Shown: positions 10,529 to 23,201 of the stretch, one piece after another
Layout: every line of letters begins with the position of its first letter
How positions within the stretch are numbered: position 1 is the stretch's first letter
Source of the DNA: Zygnema circumcarinatum SAG 698-1b
Lineage: Eukaryota > Plantae > Zygnematophyceae
Length of the DNA: 64,000 nt
Assembly (NCBI GenBank): GCA_037447605.1
Contig: CM074810.1
Location: 2,700,880 to 2,764,879, forward strand
Direction of reading: 5' to 3'
Position numbers and translations under genes: made by a program
Notes under the pieces: generated by a model
Told to the model about the DNA's origin: nothing
The model's database searches: none
Seen by the model: only the letters and a program-made list of their open reading frames with translations

Positions 10529-11845
10529 CGTTCCGATGTTTTGACGCATATTTTTTTTTTCCGCATATTGGAGCGGTGGAGGGAAAAGGGGGGGGGGGTA
10601 CGTTACGTCACGTCACATGATGGCGCACCACATAATGTCATGTCACGTGGCCATAAGGAGGGTCACGGATGGGGTCGTTCTTTCTAATGGAAAAACGCTC
10701 ATGCTCATGTTGCACATGCTGTGGTTCGTCCAAAGCGGCGCTAGGGAACATGACTATGTGGTTCTGCTTGAAGGAGCCCTTTAGCTCGTCCTTCGGTTTT
10801 TTGGTTTCCTTTTCATGTTGGGTTTGTTTGTTTGTTGTAATGTGAAGGTGTTAATGTCATGAGATCCATGCCATGTCATTGTTCAACAACACAACGAGAA
10901 ATCACTACGACGTGAACAATGAACAACAACATCTTATTCGTCCATGACATTGAGCAACAACTACTGTACCTTTACTGTACAGTACCATAATTTTGTCCGC
11001 AGGATTCGTACATTGTACGGAAATTTTGGTTCCTTTTGAAAGGTAGCACGTGAGGAGTCAACTTGGCAACATGCGGCTCTGACACGTGTCAGGCTGCCGC
11101 CCGCTGCCCCGCAAGATGCGCATGTAGGATGTCGGTGCTGACATTTTTTTGTCCGGTAGTGCCGCAGTGCCGCGCTGGACGCTTCCGGGCAGCGACGACA
11201 TTTTTCTCCGCCAGGAAAACGGTCAGGCCAAAAAAATGAACGTCCGTACAAGGGAATCATCCTGCTACGGACCTCTGACTGAACTGGATGACATAGAATG
11301 GTAGATTCTATGTTCCACCCATGTGAGCAAATTGCTTCCGAGCCTGTTCCGGACAAAATGCTACAAACCCGTACCACGTCTGGACAAACAAACATATCTG
11401 TGTTTTGTCGTTTAGTGACAATAGAGTCCGCCGACTGCCAGCTGTCGTATACTGTAGCTTTTCCAGATTTTGTCGTAAATGGCTGAGCCACACGTCAGCC
11501 TCCCATTGGTCTTGCCGCCAGCGTGCGAACAAAAGACCAATCATCAGTCTCGTGGACTTTTTTGTCGCCTTGCTAATACACTAGTGCCGTACGCTTTTCG
11601 TACACCAGTCGCGTCCGCGTTGGCAGGCGACGTGGCACCGACCACCCCTTGCCCAACAGGGCCGCCGTAATCCGATCCGAAGGCGGTCTCTCAGGTCGGT
11701 GGCCGTCGGCGCCTGTCGGTGCCTTATGTCGGCGTGCGTCGGTGCATTTTGTCCGCGACTCCGATCCCGTCGGTGGCTGATTGGCGGAGAGCCACAGATT
11801 GCGACCTCGCTTCTTTCAATGCGTCAGCCGGAGATCGCGGCTCAG

Positions 11846-12335
11846 GGCCAGTTTCCATCAGCCCGTTATTCCGACGTGGCGTCGTAATGGACGACGACCC
11901 ATGGGTTCCATCAGGCCGTTTCCACCAACGTGGCGCCGACGTGGCTGCCACGTGGTAACGAGGCCCCGTTCCCCAGGACGGTCCGAAAAAGGTGGTGTAA
12001 CGCCATTACGACCATTCGCGTGCCGCCACGTGGCTACCAAAGATACGCCAGCGTGCGACTGCCACGTTGGCTGGAAGCCGTCAACGCTCGGTGACCGCCG
12101 GTCGTGGTCGCAGGTCGCAACAATCCTCCTCGCCTCCTGCAAACCCTAAAAAATTGTCGACGGTGACGCGCGTACGGTAACCGCGGTGGGCCACGGCGGA
12201 CGCTTCAAATCGTGCACGTGGCGATCGCTGATTGGAAAACGGCGTTTTGATGGAACTCGTCATTTTATCGGCAAAACGGCGTCCTACGTGGACCGTAATG
12301 AGCTCGTTACGAAACGGGCTGATGGAAACTGGCCC
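11846..12335. mobile_element. MITE, PIF/Harbinger (Tourist)-like, 490 bp
   Basis: Perfect 23-bp TIRs GGGCCAGTTTCCATCAGCCCGTT (11846-11868) and its reverse complement (12313-12335). 3-bp TSD TCA at 11843-11845 and 12336-12338. No coding capacity; subterminal TTCCATCA..GCCGTTT echoes on both sides. Confidence 0.75.
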
Positions 12336-12908
12336 TCAGATGCGTCCAAGTGAACCATGGTACAACAAAATCCGTTGACTTAAAAATGGACAGGTTGGGT
12401 TGACTAGAGAACGTGGATGTTTCTCAGCCTCTCATTGACGGGTGCCCGTTCCCCGAAATCTGGCTTGCCGTCGGATTTGTCGTAAGTGGCTGTCGAGTAA
12501 AAAGCGCCAAAAACCAGCCGTTGGATGCATTGGCGGTGGGTTCTGGCATTGTTGGCCACCGGGTTGTCCGGTGTCTCATGCTGACATCCAATGACGCCAT
12601 TAATTTTGTCGTGACGCAGTAAAAAAATTGTCTGGAATTGGTCAACGGCCGTTGGACACATGGCAAATCCTTGTGATCTGATTGGAGGAGTCAGGTGGTT
12701 TTTGTCTGTTTAAAACAAACGACACATGCGAAAAGGGAAGAGAAAGAATTCTCTTCGAAAGTTTTTTTCATCGACTAAGACTAGAACTTTAACGGTGCGT
12801 CCGTACAACGCGGAACTGCCTAACAGCAACTGCTAAGTGGCACACGGAGCCAGTCAGCTTTTAGAGTTTTCAGTACTTTTTCCAAAATAAGAAAATTGGG
12901 TACAAGGG

Positions 12909-15298
12909 TCAATCATCGGATGCCACGTCAGCCCTACTGATCCCTCCCCCTGCCGGCGTGGCACCATCAGGAGGCGCCACGTGGCGCCAATACGCAGCCA
13001 GAGTGCTCCCCATAATGTTCATGACAACGGCTGAGAGGGCGGCGGGCAGCGCGGCGAGAGGCGAAAAAAAATGTTGGGAGGCCAGAACGACCCCGAGAGA
13101 AGAATTTTGCATGCCCACCTGGCGGCGCGCCATTGGCCGAGAGGAATTCGGTCAGCCTCCGAAAAAAAACGAGGAGAAAAAAAATTCCTTTTTTTTTTTT
13201 TTGGGCGTATGAGATTTGTATATGGGCGAGGTACATTGCGATGGGAACTCTTTGAAAGTAATTTTAAGAAATACAAGAAATAGAAAAAAAATTGAGAAAA
13301 AAGGTCTCACCTCGATCGAGACGGCTCGTCTTTGGGGCTCCTCGAAGCCGGCAATGGCTGAAACGACGTACCTAAATAGTCGCCAAAAAGTGGGAAAAAA
13401 CAAAAATGTCAAAATTAACGAAAGGTGGTTTAGCATCCAGATTTTCTCGATGAGAGGGGCTAAACGTGAGATTACTTTATGAACAGAAACGTAAATTATG
13501 AGCATTTTATAATATTTAGGTTCCCTGAAACGAGGGGGAGGGGGAGGGGGAGGGGGAGGGGGAGGGAGGGAGGGAGGGAGGGGGAGGGGGGAGGGAGGGA
13601 GGGAGGGAGGGAGGGGGAGGGGGAGGGAGGGAGGGAGGGAGGGAGGGAGGGAGGGAGGAGGAGGGAGGAGGGAGGGGGAGGGGGAGGGAGGGAGGGAGGG
13701 AGGGAGGGGGAGGGGGAGGGAGGGAGGGAGGGAGGGAGGGAGGGAGGGAGGGAGGGAGGGAGGGAGGGAGGGAGGGAGGGAGGGAGGGAGGGAGGGAGGG
13801 AGGGAGGGAGGGAGGGAGGGGGGGAGGGGAATACCCGAGCACAAAGCCCCCTGCATGCAGCAGTAGCACTGCGAGCAGCACATGGAAAAGCAGCTCCAAA
13901 TTCAGTTCCGTGTTTCCTTGTGAATACGAGGACACAAATGTACGGATATTTGCGGAAAAAACACTGCGCCCCAAAAATCAAAAAGCGCAATAACGACAGC
14001 ACGCAATTGGTGAAACTTTAAAAGGTAATATTTGCTTCCGCGAATGAGGGAAGGGCTGAAGCTGCCCCAAAAATCCGACTCAGGTTTGAATCCTGCAAAC
14101 AGGAAAATGCGGCAAAATTATTCCAACTTTAAAGATTTTATCTTTTTCATCCCAATTTCTTAAAACTGAAACTTTGGCTTGTTCGCAAATGGGGCCTCCA
14201 AATACGAAAAGTCGGAGGTTTTACCTGCAGCAGAGGAGGGAGGAGGTCAGCACCGCTACAAGGGGTGCAAATGGGGTAAACCGCGCTACAGGTTTGGGAA
14301 ATCTTGATTGTAGCCACGTCCCCAACAGCACTGGGAGCACCACCACCTGCATTGAAAATAAAAAAGATAAATAAATAAACAAATAAATAAATAAGCTGCA
14401 GTAAACGAACGACAAGAAAATATTTCGGCTGGACTCCCTCCTTTCGAACCCTGCTGTCAAGAAAGAGTACTGCGCTAACGGGCACAAGATGGGAGGACGC
14501 GCCTGCAGAGTACTGATTCCGAGTCCGAGCGCGTCCACGGGCACGTACGCGCCCGCCAACGCGGTGGTGAGGAGGGGCGTCATCAGGACCGCGCCGAGGG
14601 TGGCGCAGACCGTCATCACTACGGACAAGGGAACATCACCGTATGCGATGTATGTCACCTGCATCACATGATGTCATGCCAGGTCGTGTCGTGTCGTGTC
14701 ATGTGATCTGATGCCATGTCATGTCCTGTCCTTCATGTCATGTGATGTCCTTCATGTGATGTGATGTCATGTGATGTCATGTCCTGTCCTTCATGTCATG
14801 TGATGTCCTTCATGTGATGTGATGTCATGTGATGTCATGTCATGTCCTTCATGTCATGTGATGTCATTTGAAGTCATGTCATATCCTTCATGTCATGTCA
14901 TGTCATTCCTTTCATGTGATTGTGACATGTCATCGATGGTGGGGGGGGTGATGCTCGGGGTGGGGGGTGGGGGGTGGGTGGATCGGGGGAAGAGACTGAG
15001 AGGGGAGGAAGGTTTAGAACAAGATAGTGAGGGAGGAGAGGGGGAGGGGAATGGAGGGGTGAGAGAGAGGTGAGGGGGGGGATGGCGAGAGGAAAGGAGC
15101 GGAGAGAGCGGGATAGAGGAGAGGAGGGAGAGTGGGAACGGAAAGTGGCGGAAAAAAAAAAGTTGGAAGGAGGGGGAGAAGAGAAGGGAGGGAGTGCGAG
15201 GGGCAGGGGAGGAGAGAATGACAGTGGGACGATGATAGCGAGGGCATAGTGGAAGGGCAAAGAAGGAGGGTTTCACAAACCCTAACTGGAAACACTGC

Positions 15299-15334
<36 letters not shown>

Positions 15335-16927
15335 GAAAAAAAATAAGAAGAGGAGGACAATTGAAGGTGCTGGAGATTTAGGGTAAAGGAGAAAGGCGCG
15401 GGTCCTGACCACGTTGGAGGCGGTGCCACCTGGACAGGCGGAGAGGAGGATGAGGCCGGCGGAGAGGTCGGGAGGGAGGTGGAACACGCGGGAGGAGAGG
15501 AGGCCCAGGAGGGGCATCAGGCCGTACTGCGCAGCGCAGCCAAACAGAACCTGGAGGGAGGGAGGGAGGGTGGTAGAGAGGGAGGGAGAGAGGGAGGAAG
15601 GGAGGGAGCGAGGGAGGAGTGAGGGAGAGCGAGAGGTAGAGGGAGAAGAGGAGGGGAGGGGGAAGGAGAGGGAGGAGGGGAAGGAAATGGGGGACGGAGA
15701 TTGGAGGGGAAGCGAGGTTGAGGGAGAGCGAGGACGGAGAGTAGGAGAGGGAGAGGGAGAGAGAAGAGGGAGATGGAAGGATTTGGCAAGGGCGGAGGGG
15801 GGGAGAAGTGGGGAAAGGAGGAGTGTAAAAAATCCCAAACAATGCACCACTCGTACGGTAACCCCACCCCTAACCCTAACCTTAACTTATCCAAAACCAA
15901 AAACTCTCATACCCCAACTGAATTGACCTAAAACCCTAGAACTTGAACCGAGCATGAATGTGACCGTTATCCAAGACCCTAAACCCTAAACCACCAACCC
16001 TCAACCTTAAACCTAAACCCTAAACCATACACCCTCAACCCTCAACCTACACCCTAAACCTTAGACCCTACACCCTACACCTTCAAACTTAAACCCTAAA
16101 CCCTTAACCCTCAACACTAAACCCTAAACTCTACACCCAATCCTAAACCCTACACCCTTAAACCTTAAACCCTAAAGCCTCAACCCTAAACCCTTAATCT
16201 TCAACATTAAACCCTTAACCCTCAACCCATAACCTTTAACCCTAAACCCTACACCCTACAACCTAGACCTTAAACCCTAAATCCTCAACCCTAAACCCTA
16301 CACCCTAAACCTACAATATCGACCCTAAACCCTCAACCCTAGACCATCAGCCCTAAACCCTTAACTCTACACCCTTAACCCTCCACCCTGAACCCTAAAC
16401 CCTCAACCCTAAAACCTAAACCTTACACTCTCAACTCGACACCCTAAGCCCTCCACCCTGAACCCTAACCCCCCGAGCGCCCTCCGTACCGCCTTTGGCC
16501 GCTTGAGCACGACCGCCATGAGGTCGGCGAGCTCCAACGTGAGGCCCATGGCGAGCATGATGGCGCCCAGCGCCGCACTGTACGACGCGGGGCCCATCCG
16601 TACGAACCATCCGTACGCATCAGGGTTCAGGACCGCCACGACAGCGCCGACTGTCACGTAGACGGGGTAAAACCCTGCCGCCTTGTCCAGCAGGTCAGCG
16701 CGAGCGCGGGGGGAGCGACACGTGGCGGGGCGGTAGGGTTTAGGTTTAGGGTTAGGGTTAGGGTGGCTGGCGGGAGAGAGTGCCACGTGGAGGGAGTGGG
16801 AGAAGCCACGTCGCGCGAAGGTGAGGGTGGGAGATAGGGACTGACGTGGGAGGAGGAAGGGGTGGGCATGGAGGGAGGAGACGGTAGGGTTTAGGGCACG
16901 GGAGGGGTTCAGGGCGACGGGCGCCAT
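12909..16927 (-). CDS. BASS: Plastid bile acid:sodium symporter-family (BASS) metabolite cotransporter, 7 exons
   Basis: Exons 16927-16490, 15550-15410, 14658-14503, 14346-14225, 13962-13835, 13371-13311, 13118-12909. Motifs IMLAMGLTL, LILLSACPGGTASNV, GDVPLSVVMT, RAVSIEVGMQNSSLGVVLA. Alternative in-frame start at 17032. Confidence 0.93.
14666..14932. repeat. Degenerate (CATGT/GATGT)n intronic repeat abutting a BASS acceptor
   Basis: catgtcatgtgatgt units with internal ~50-bp duplications. Confidence 0.85.
15960..16470. repeat. Degenerate interstitial telomere-like (AAACCCT)n array in BASS intron 1
   Basis: aaaccct / caaccct / acaccct variants. Confidence 0.9.
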
Positions 16928-17627
16928 GGGGCGGGAGGAAGGGGAGGGAGAGGGGGAGGGTAGGCAGAGGGGGGAGAGAGAGGGGGAGGGGGGGGAGGGA
17001 TGGTCCTTGTCTATGTGACGCTTTTCAGCCATTGTTCAGTAACTGTTCAGTATCTGTTGACCGTTCAGCAGTTCGGACGATTCTAAACTGTTTCAAAATT
17101 TCGCCATGGAACGCTTCGGCTGCACTTGGGGTGTGTCAACCTTTGACTTGAGCTTTGATATTGCGCTTTTGGGCTGCTTGAAATGAGTACTTTTGAACTT
17201 CGCTTTTTAGCACGTATTTCAAAGGTACTGTTACCAATTCTATTTTTCTGGGAAATGTCAAAGATTTCAAAGGTACATGGGAAACAACAACAACATGGAG
17301 AACCACGAGGACCGGACCTCACAAAGAACATGACGGAAGGAGAAAGCCATGAGCGGAAACTTTGCTTCCATGCCCCAAAACAACAACAGCACGGCTCTAG
17401 AAGCTGCCCCGAAGGCCGCCGATAGGCCGTAATTTCATGGAACACCAAAGTTGTCAAGCCATCTGTTTAACAACTCTCATGGAGTGGTACATTGAACAAC
17501 AAAGTGCCATGTAGAGTGCCACGTAGGATGCCACGCTTGCCCTAAATTGTCGTCCACGTCACCAGCCTCGAGTTCGCCTCGAGTCGGCCCCGCGAAAAGG
17601 CGCCTCTCGCACGAGCACACCGACAAA

Positions 17628-17667
17628 CGCCAACGGTTGGTCGACAGGGAACGACCAACCGTTGGCG
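17628..17667. other. Perfect 16-bp inverted repeat with 8-nt loop in the BASS/DGAT3 divergent promoter
   Basis: CGCCAACGGTTGGTCG-acagggaa-CGACCAACCGTTGGCG. Confidence 0.85.
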
Positions 17668-18128
17668 CCTCGCGTGTCTTGTTGTGAGTGGTGGATAGAG
17701 TCACAGGACCAATGCAGAATGGTCACGTGGCAAATCCTGTACGGAAGTAAAGACGAAAGCGGTACTGCGCAAGTAGAATGGAACCCTAAAAATCTGAAAA
17801 GGTGCCTACCGTAGGAGGGAGGGAGAGGGAGAGGGAGAGGGAGAGGGAGCGGGAGAGGGAGAGGGAGAGTGGGAGAGGGAGAGAGAGTGGGAGAAGGATA
17901 GAGGAATTGCGGATAGAGGCTGGGGGAAAGAGTGGGAGAAGGAGAGGGAGAGTGGGAGAGGAAGAGGTAGGAGGGGAAAGAGAGACGTAGATAGAGGGAG
18001 GGGGGAAGAGAAAGAGAGGGAGAGGGAGAGAGCGCGGGAGAGTGAGGGATAGGTGGATAGTGGGAGGGGCAAAGAGAGGGAGAGGGAGAGAGAGGAGGGA
18101 GAGAGGAGAGAGAGAGAGCACTTTCGCC

Positions 18129-19560
18129 ATGGCGCTATGTTCACCTCGCACTGCAGGCTCCGCCACGTCCCTGAAACTGGCGCTATATGTCTCCGTTCCG
18201 TCAAAATCCACGAAATCCGTCGTCAATTTTGTCCCAGGAAATGTTTTTCCGCCGCTGCGGGAAAATTCCGACTCTCTTTCGAGCAGGGTCAAGGATCTCA
18301 AGCTGCGGAGGGCCGTCCGGGCAACGAAAAAATCGCAAATTTTTACAGACTGGGGCCATGAAACGTTCTACAGTCTGCCCGAATGCAAATCCAAGAAGGA
18401 AAAGGAAGTGGGCAAGGCGAAAAAAAATGGGAAGGAGGAGAGGATGCAGCTGCGGGCAGTCGTGGAGGCGCAGAAAAATCTTTTGGAGGTTCTTTTGGGG
18501 GAGAGGGAGCGTAACGTCACGGCCTTGACTCCGGGGCTTTTGGAGGGTTCAGAGGCGGATATGGTGAGTTTTAAGGAGTTGGGGCGTACTATTTTAGGTT
18601 TTAAAGATTTGATTTTTTTTATTTCTGGGTTTCCTATGTTATCTGCGGGTTCTTGTTTTCTTTTTTTTCATTTTTTGGTCCCTTTTTTTTTTGTATTGTG
18701 GCTGGATTCTTTCTCAGGAGAAGGTCATCTCGGAATCCGTTGAACGGATTCGTCGCATGGAGACGGAATTAGCCAACACGCAGGAAGCCAAGGGAGCTCC
18801 GAAAGATGACGCCATGATGATGTCATCGTCATCATCATCATCATCATCTTCATCCGAGTCGTCGAGCAGCGACAGTGAGTGTGAAAAGGAGCGCAAAAAA
18901 ATGAAAAAAATGAACAAACAAAAGGTGAAGGTGCAAGAGAGTCAGAGCAATATGCCGAACATGGAGAACCCGGTAACAGTTGAGCCAACAGAAACTGTAA
19001 CTGTAACGGCACCAGTGCACATGGAACGGCGGGAGGAGGGAGGGGTGGTGGAGCTGGACCCTGCCATCGAACAGCTGGCAAGAAGACTTCTCGGGAGCGG
19101 CGGAAATTTCGAATTACGCTTAGGTTCGGGTACAAATGGGGTTTCCCTTGTGCCTGCCTCTCCTCCGCAAGCGGAGCTCAAAATTAGGGTTGCTCCGAGC
19201 GAGGTCCCACCTGGGGTTACCGTTCCATACAGTCCGTTCAGTACTCAGTTCCGTGAAACTGAAACGGTAACGAGAGTGGAGGTCTGCATGGGAAAGGCGT
19301 GCCGGAAAGAAGGGGCGGAAAACCTCCTTGCGGCGCTGCAGGAGAGGGCGGGAGAGGGGGCTCTAACGGCGGTTCCATGTGGGAAATGTATGAAAAAATG
19401 TAAGTATGGGCCGAACGTGCGGCTATATGAGGAAGGCGAGGGAGGGAGGAGGGTGGGGAGAGTTGTACCGGTTTCGAATTCCGGAGTTTTTTTGCAGCAG
19501 CTGCAAGCGGCGAGGATGGGAGCTGGCGAAAAAATGTCCGCAGAAATGGTTCGGCAGTGA
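18129..19560 (+). CDS. DGAT3: Soluble diacylglycerol acyltransferase 3 with C-terminal thioredoxin-like [2Fe-2S] domain, 2 exons
   Basis: Exons 18129-18563 and 18718-19560. Poly-Ser SSSSESSSSDSECE and VEVCMGKAC…CGKCMKKCKYGPNVR match plant DGAT3; N-terminus resembles a transit peptide. Confidence 0.85.
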
Positions 19561-20456
19561 GACAATGTAAAGACTATTTTTTTTTTTTGGCTTTTTGATT
19601 TGTGATATTTTTTTGGGCTAAGTGCGGAGCACGATGCAGTGGTTGGCGAGGAGGTTGGGTCCGTACATTTTTGTACAGTAGGGGGAAGGGGCCGGAAATT
19701 TCTGTCTCTGCTTTTTAGGGTTTGCAAAGTTTTGGGTTTTTGGTTTGTGGGGAGGCTGCGCGCTTTTCAAAGAGAGCTTACTTCGCCTCGGCACTGATTT
19801 CTTCTGCGACTTTTAGGGATTAGGGTTTTGGGGTTTTTAGGGTTTCGGCGATAACTTTTATTCGGCATACTAAAGAAGCTGGCCGACAATTTTGTATTTG
19901 TGATTTCTTGTTCTTTGTTTCTTTGAGGTTTATGTCCCGCGGGAGAGCGCATGGCAGTGGTTTTTGGTTTTATTGGGTGTTGGTTTATGATTTAGGGTTT
20001 AGGGTTTAGGGTTCAGGGTTTGTGGATTTCGTGCATTTTTTTTCACATTCTGCGTAGAGAAAGGTCAAGGCTGTGAACTTTTCGTACGCAAAAAATAGAC
20101 ACATATTTGCAAGCATTCAGTTGCAGTGGCTGTCTCTCGAACGGCGAACTGAACGGTAGTTCTTTCGCATGTAGCTTCAGTTTTTTCAACGACATCCGTC
20201 AGTCCAGAAGCCGTTCAGTTAAACGCTAAAGCGTACATTTCTGAAAGGAAAGTAAATCCTCGACTCTGGAGTGACCGAGTGAGGCTTGAAAATAATGCTT
20301 TAGCGTTAACGGTGACAAGAACAGAAGGATAGCTTATCAGTTATACTGGTTCCATGTGTCGCAATCGCACAAGCACAAGTCCGCAAATCCAAAGATGTTT
20401 GTACAGTTACAGTTCGCCAGTCCGGTTCTTCCAACTGTTTAACACATGGCCTATAA

Positions 20457-20629
20457 TCCAACGGTCAAGGCCCCATAAAGGTACAGGTCACATATCCAAC
20501 GGTCAGGATCCTTACAGATCTAACGGTTAGGGTTCCTTGTAGGTACACGTGGTATATCTAACGGTTACGATCTGTAAATATCTAACGGTCAAGACTCCTT
20601 GAAGATACACGTGACATATCCAACGGCCA
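20457..20629 (+). promoter_or_regulatory. Array of six MSA elements (YCYAACGGYYA) in three 62-bp units
   Basis: Elements at 20457, 20495, 20519, 20557, 20581 and 20619 (spacing 38/24/38/24/38). Confidence 0.65.
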
Positions 20630-22509
20630 GGATCTTAGGTGTACACATGGCATCCTTTCAATGGTCGATTTCCAGAAATTTCATCGATCCGACGCGCACC
20701 CTCGACCGTACAGTGAGCCAACGAGCAGGTGCCGTACGGACAGAGCTTCGTACATTTTTTACGTTTCGAGTCTTTAACGAATTTCCATACGGTCCGGGAA
20801 AAATGTAATCATTGGATTTCTATGAAATTCGGAACATGAAAAGACAGTAGAGTAGAACAGCGTCGTTTAACGGCCACATGGATCGGGAGACTCTCGGACC
20901 TCAATCGGCCAGGAAAAGCCTTCTCATGGTTATGCGCTTCCACCTCGCGGAGAGGTCCGGCGGTTGACTCCTGCCGGCCTCCCCTTCCTCTCTCTCGCCC
21001 TTTTTTTCTCCCTCTCTCTCTCCCTATCTCTCTCCCTCTCTCTCTCTCTTCTCTCTCCCTTTCTCTCTCCCTCTCTCTCCCTCTCTCTCCCTCTCTCTCT
21101 CCCTCTCTCTCTCCCTCTCTCTCTCTCCCTCTCTCTCTCTGCTTCCTTACCTGCCCTGTCCCCTTCACCCCTTCCCGTTAAATTTTAAAACCCTAAATTC
21201 CCCTTCCTCCCACCACCCCCCCTGCCTCCCTCACTTGCCTCCCCTTCCTCCCCTCCCTCCTCCCAGCCAGCCCCCAACTCCCCCTTTCGCTTTCCCCCTT
21301 CCCCCCTTGCCCTCCCCCTTCCCCTCCCTCGCCCTCCCTCCTTCACTCCCCCTCCCGCACTTCCCACTCCCTCCCTCCCCCTCCCTCCTTCACTACCCCT
21401 CCCGCAGTCCCCACTCCCTCCCTCCCTCCCTCCCTCCCTCCCTCCCCCCGCCTCCGCTCCCCTGCATGGGGGTACCTGACATGACCGGTCCCCACCATCG
21501 CTGCATCCTCCGAGGCTCATCCCTCGGGCTGCCGCACTGCCCCTCTCCCTCCTCTCCTTCCCTCTCTCCCTCTCCCACTCCCTCTCTCCGCCTTGCCTCT
21601 CCCGTCGCCTCTCCCTCTCTTGCGCTCCCTTTATCGCAGCGGAAGCTTCCCCTGTTGAGACACGTGGCACCTCTTTCAGGAGCATCTGAGCTGGCGGCTC
21701 TGCTTTCGGCTGCATCCAGTGAGGTACTGCCACGTGGCATGCACTTGGTGTCTGCCCGGGACAGCGCTCAGCATGCGGCCGTCTCAGTCCGCCGACTTTG
21801 CTGTCTTCCTGGTGGGAGCCTCCCTCCCTCCCTCTCTCCATCTCTCTCTCTTCCTCCCTCTTTCTCACTCTCTCTCTCCTTTTCTTTCACTTACTCTCCC
21901 TCCCCTCTCTTTTTCTCTCTGCCTCTCTCGTTCCTCTATCTCCTCTCTCCTCGATCTCCCCCACTCGCCTTGCCACCGTCTCTCATTCTCTTTCTTCGTT
22001 TTTACTTCGCGCCCTTCTCCATCTCTCTCTCTCTCCCGCCCCTCCCTCACCCTCTCTCTCATCTTTCACCTCGCGCTCGTCTCCTTCTCTCTCCCGCCCT
22101 TCTTCTCTTCACTCTGTCCCTCCATCTCTCGTCTCCTGCATTAAGCATCGTCTTTAGAAACAAACTAAACAGCATGTAGACATTGAGTTCAACGCTCCCC
22201 CAACTGTTTTGTACCGCATGGAACCTCCGTTTCGCACCTGCAGAAATCCGCCGCTGCGGGCACGCGCGGTCCCGCGACCGACCTACTTCCCAATCGGCAG
22301 GTGCTGAACCTCAAAACCCTAGAAACCCATTCCCACTCGGCGTTTCTCCTTATGTCGACTTTCCTTATCTCACGTGCACCCTCACCCTTACCCTCACCCT
22401 CACCCTTGTCTCGACTCATCCTAAACTCTCCATACTCACATTTCTCCCAATTCATTCTCATCCCTCGTTCCATTGCTCATGTCCTCCCCTAATCGCAACA
22501 CCCTACCCT

Positions 22510-23110
22510 CTACACCCTAAAATCCGAAACCCTAAATCTCTGTTACCCTTAAACCCTACACCCTACACCCCTAAACCCTATACCCCACCGTACACCTCTA
22601 CACCCTAAAACCCTACACCGTACACCCCTAACCCTAAAACCCTACACCCAACACCCTAAAACCCTCAACCCTACACCATAAAACCCTACATCCTACACCC
22701 TAAAACCCTCAACCCTACACCATAAAACCCTACATCCTACACCATAAACCCCTACACCCTACACCATAAAACCCTACACCCTACACCCTAAAATCCTACA
22801 CCCTACACCATGAAACCCTAAACCCTACACCCTAAAACCCTAAACCCTACACCCTAAAACCCTACACCCTAAACCCTACACCGTACACCCGCACACCCTG
22901 AACCCCTGCCCCCCCTGCCCCCCTGCCCCCCTGCCCCCCTGCCCCCCTGTCCCCTTGTCCCCCTGGGCCCTTTTTGGCCCCTAAAACCCTACACCCTAAA
23001 CCTTTAAACCCTACACCGTACGCCCTAAAACCCTACACCCTACACCCTTCACCCTAAAACCCTCCACCGTACACCGTACCCCCTGAACCCCTGCACCCCT
23101 GAACCCCTGC
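22510..23110. repeat. Degenerate telomere-like (CCCTAAA/CCCTACA)n array with CCCCCCTGC variants
   Basis: Seen directly. Confidence 0.88.
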
Positions 23111-23201
23111 CCCCCTGAACCCCTGCCCCCCTGGGCGTCCCCCCTGGACCCTGGTTCCGGGCTCCGTCGGCGGGCGTGCGCCAAGGCTCGTGGGCGCGCA
23201 G

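Noticed and set aside
14081-14095. tRNA T-arm/B-box-like CAGG-TTTGAAT-CCTG; a similar GGTTTCGATCCC on the minus strand near 6672
   Set aside because: No acceptor stem, D-arm or anticodon arm could be folded.
17628-17690. Helitron 3' end interpretation of the hairpin
   Set aside because: No CTRR terminus at the expected distance on either strand.
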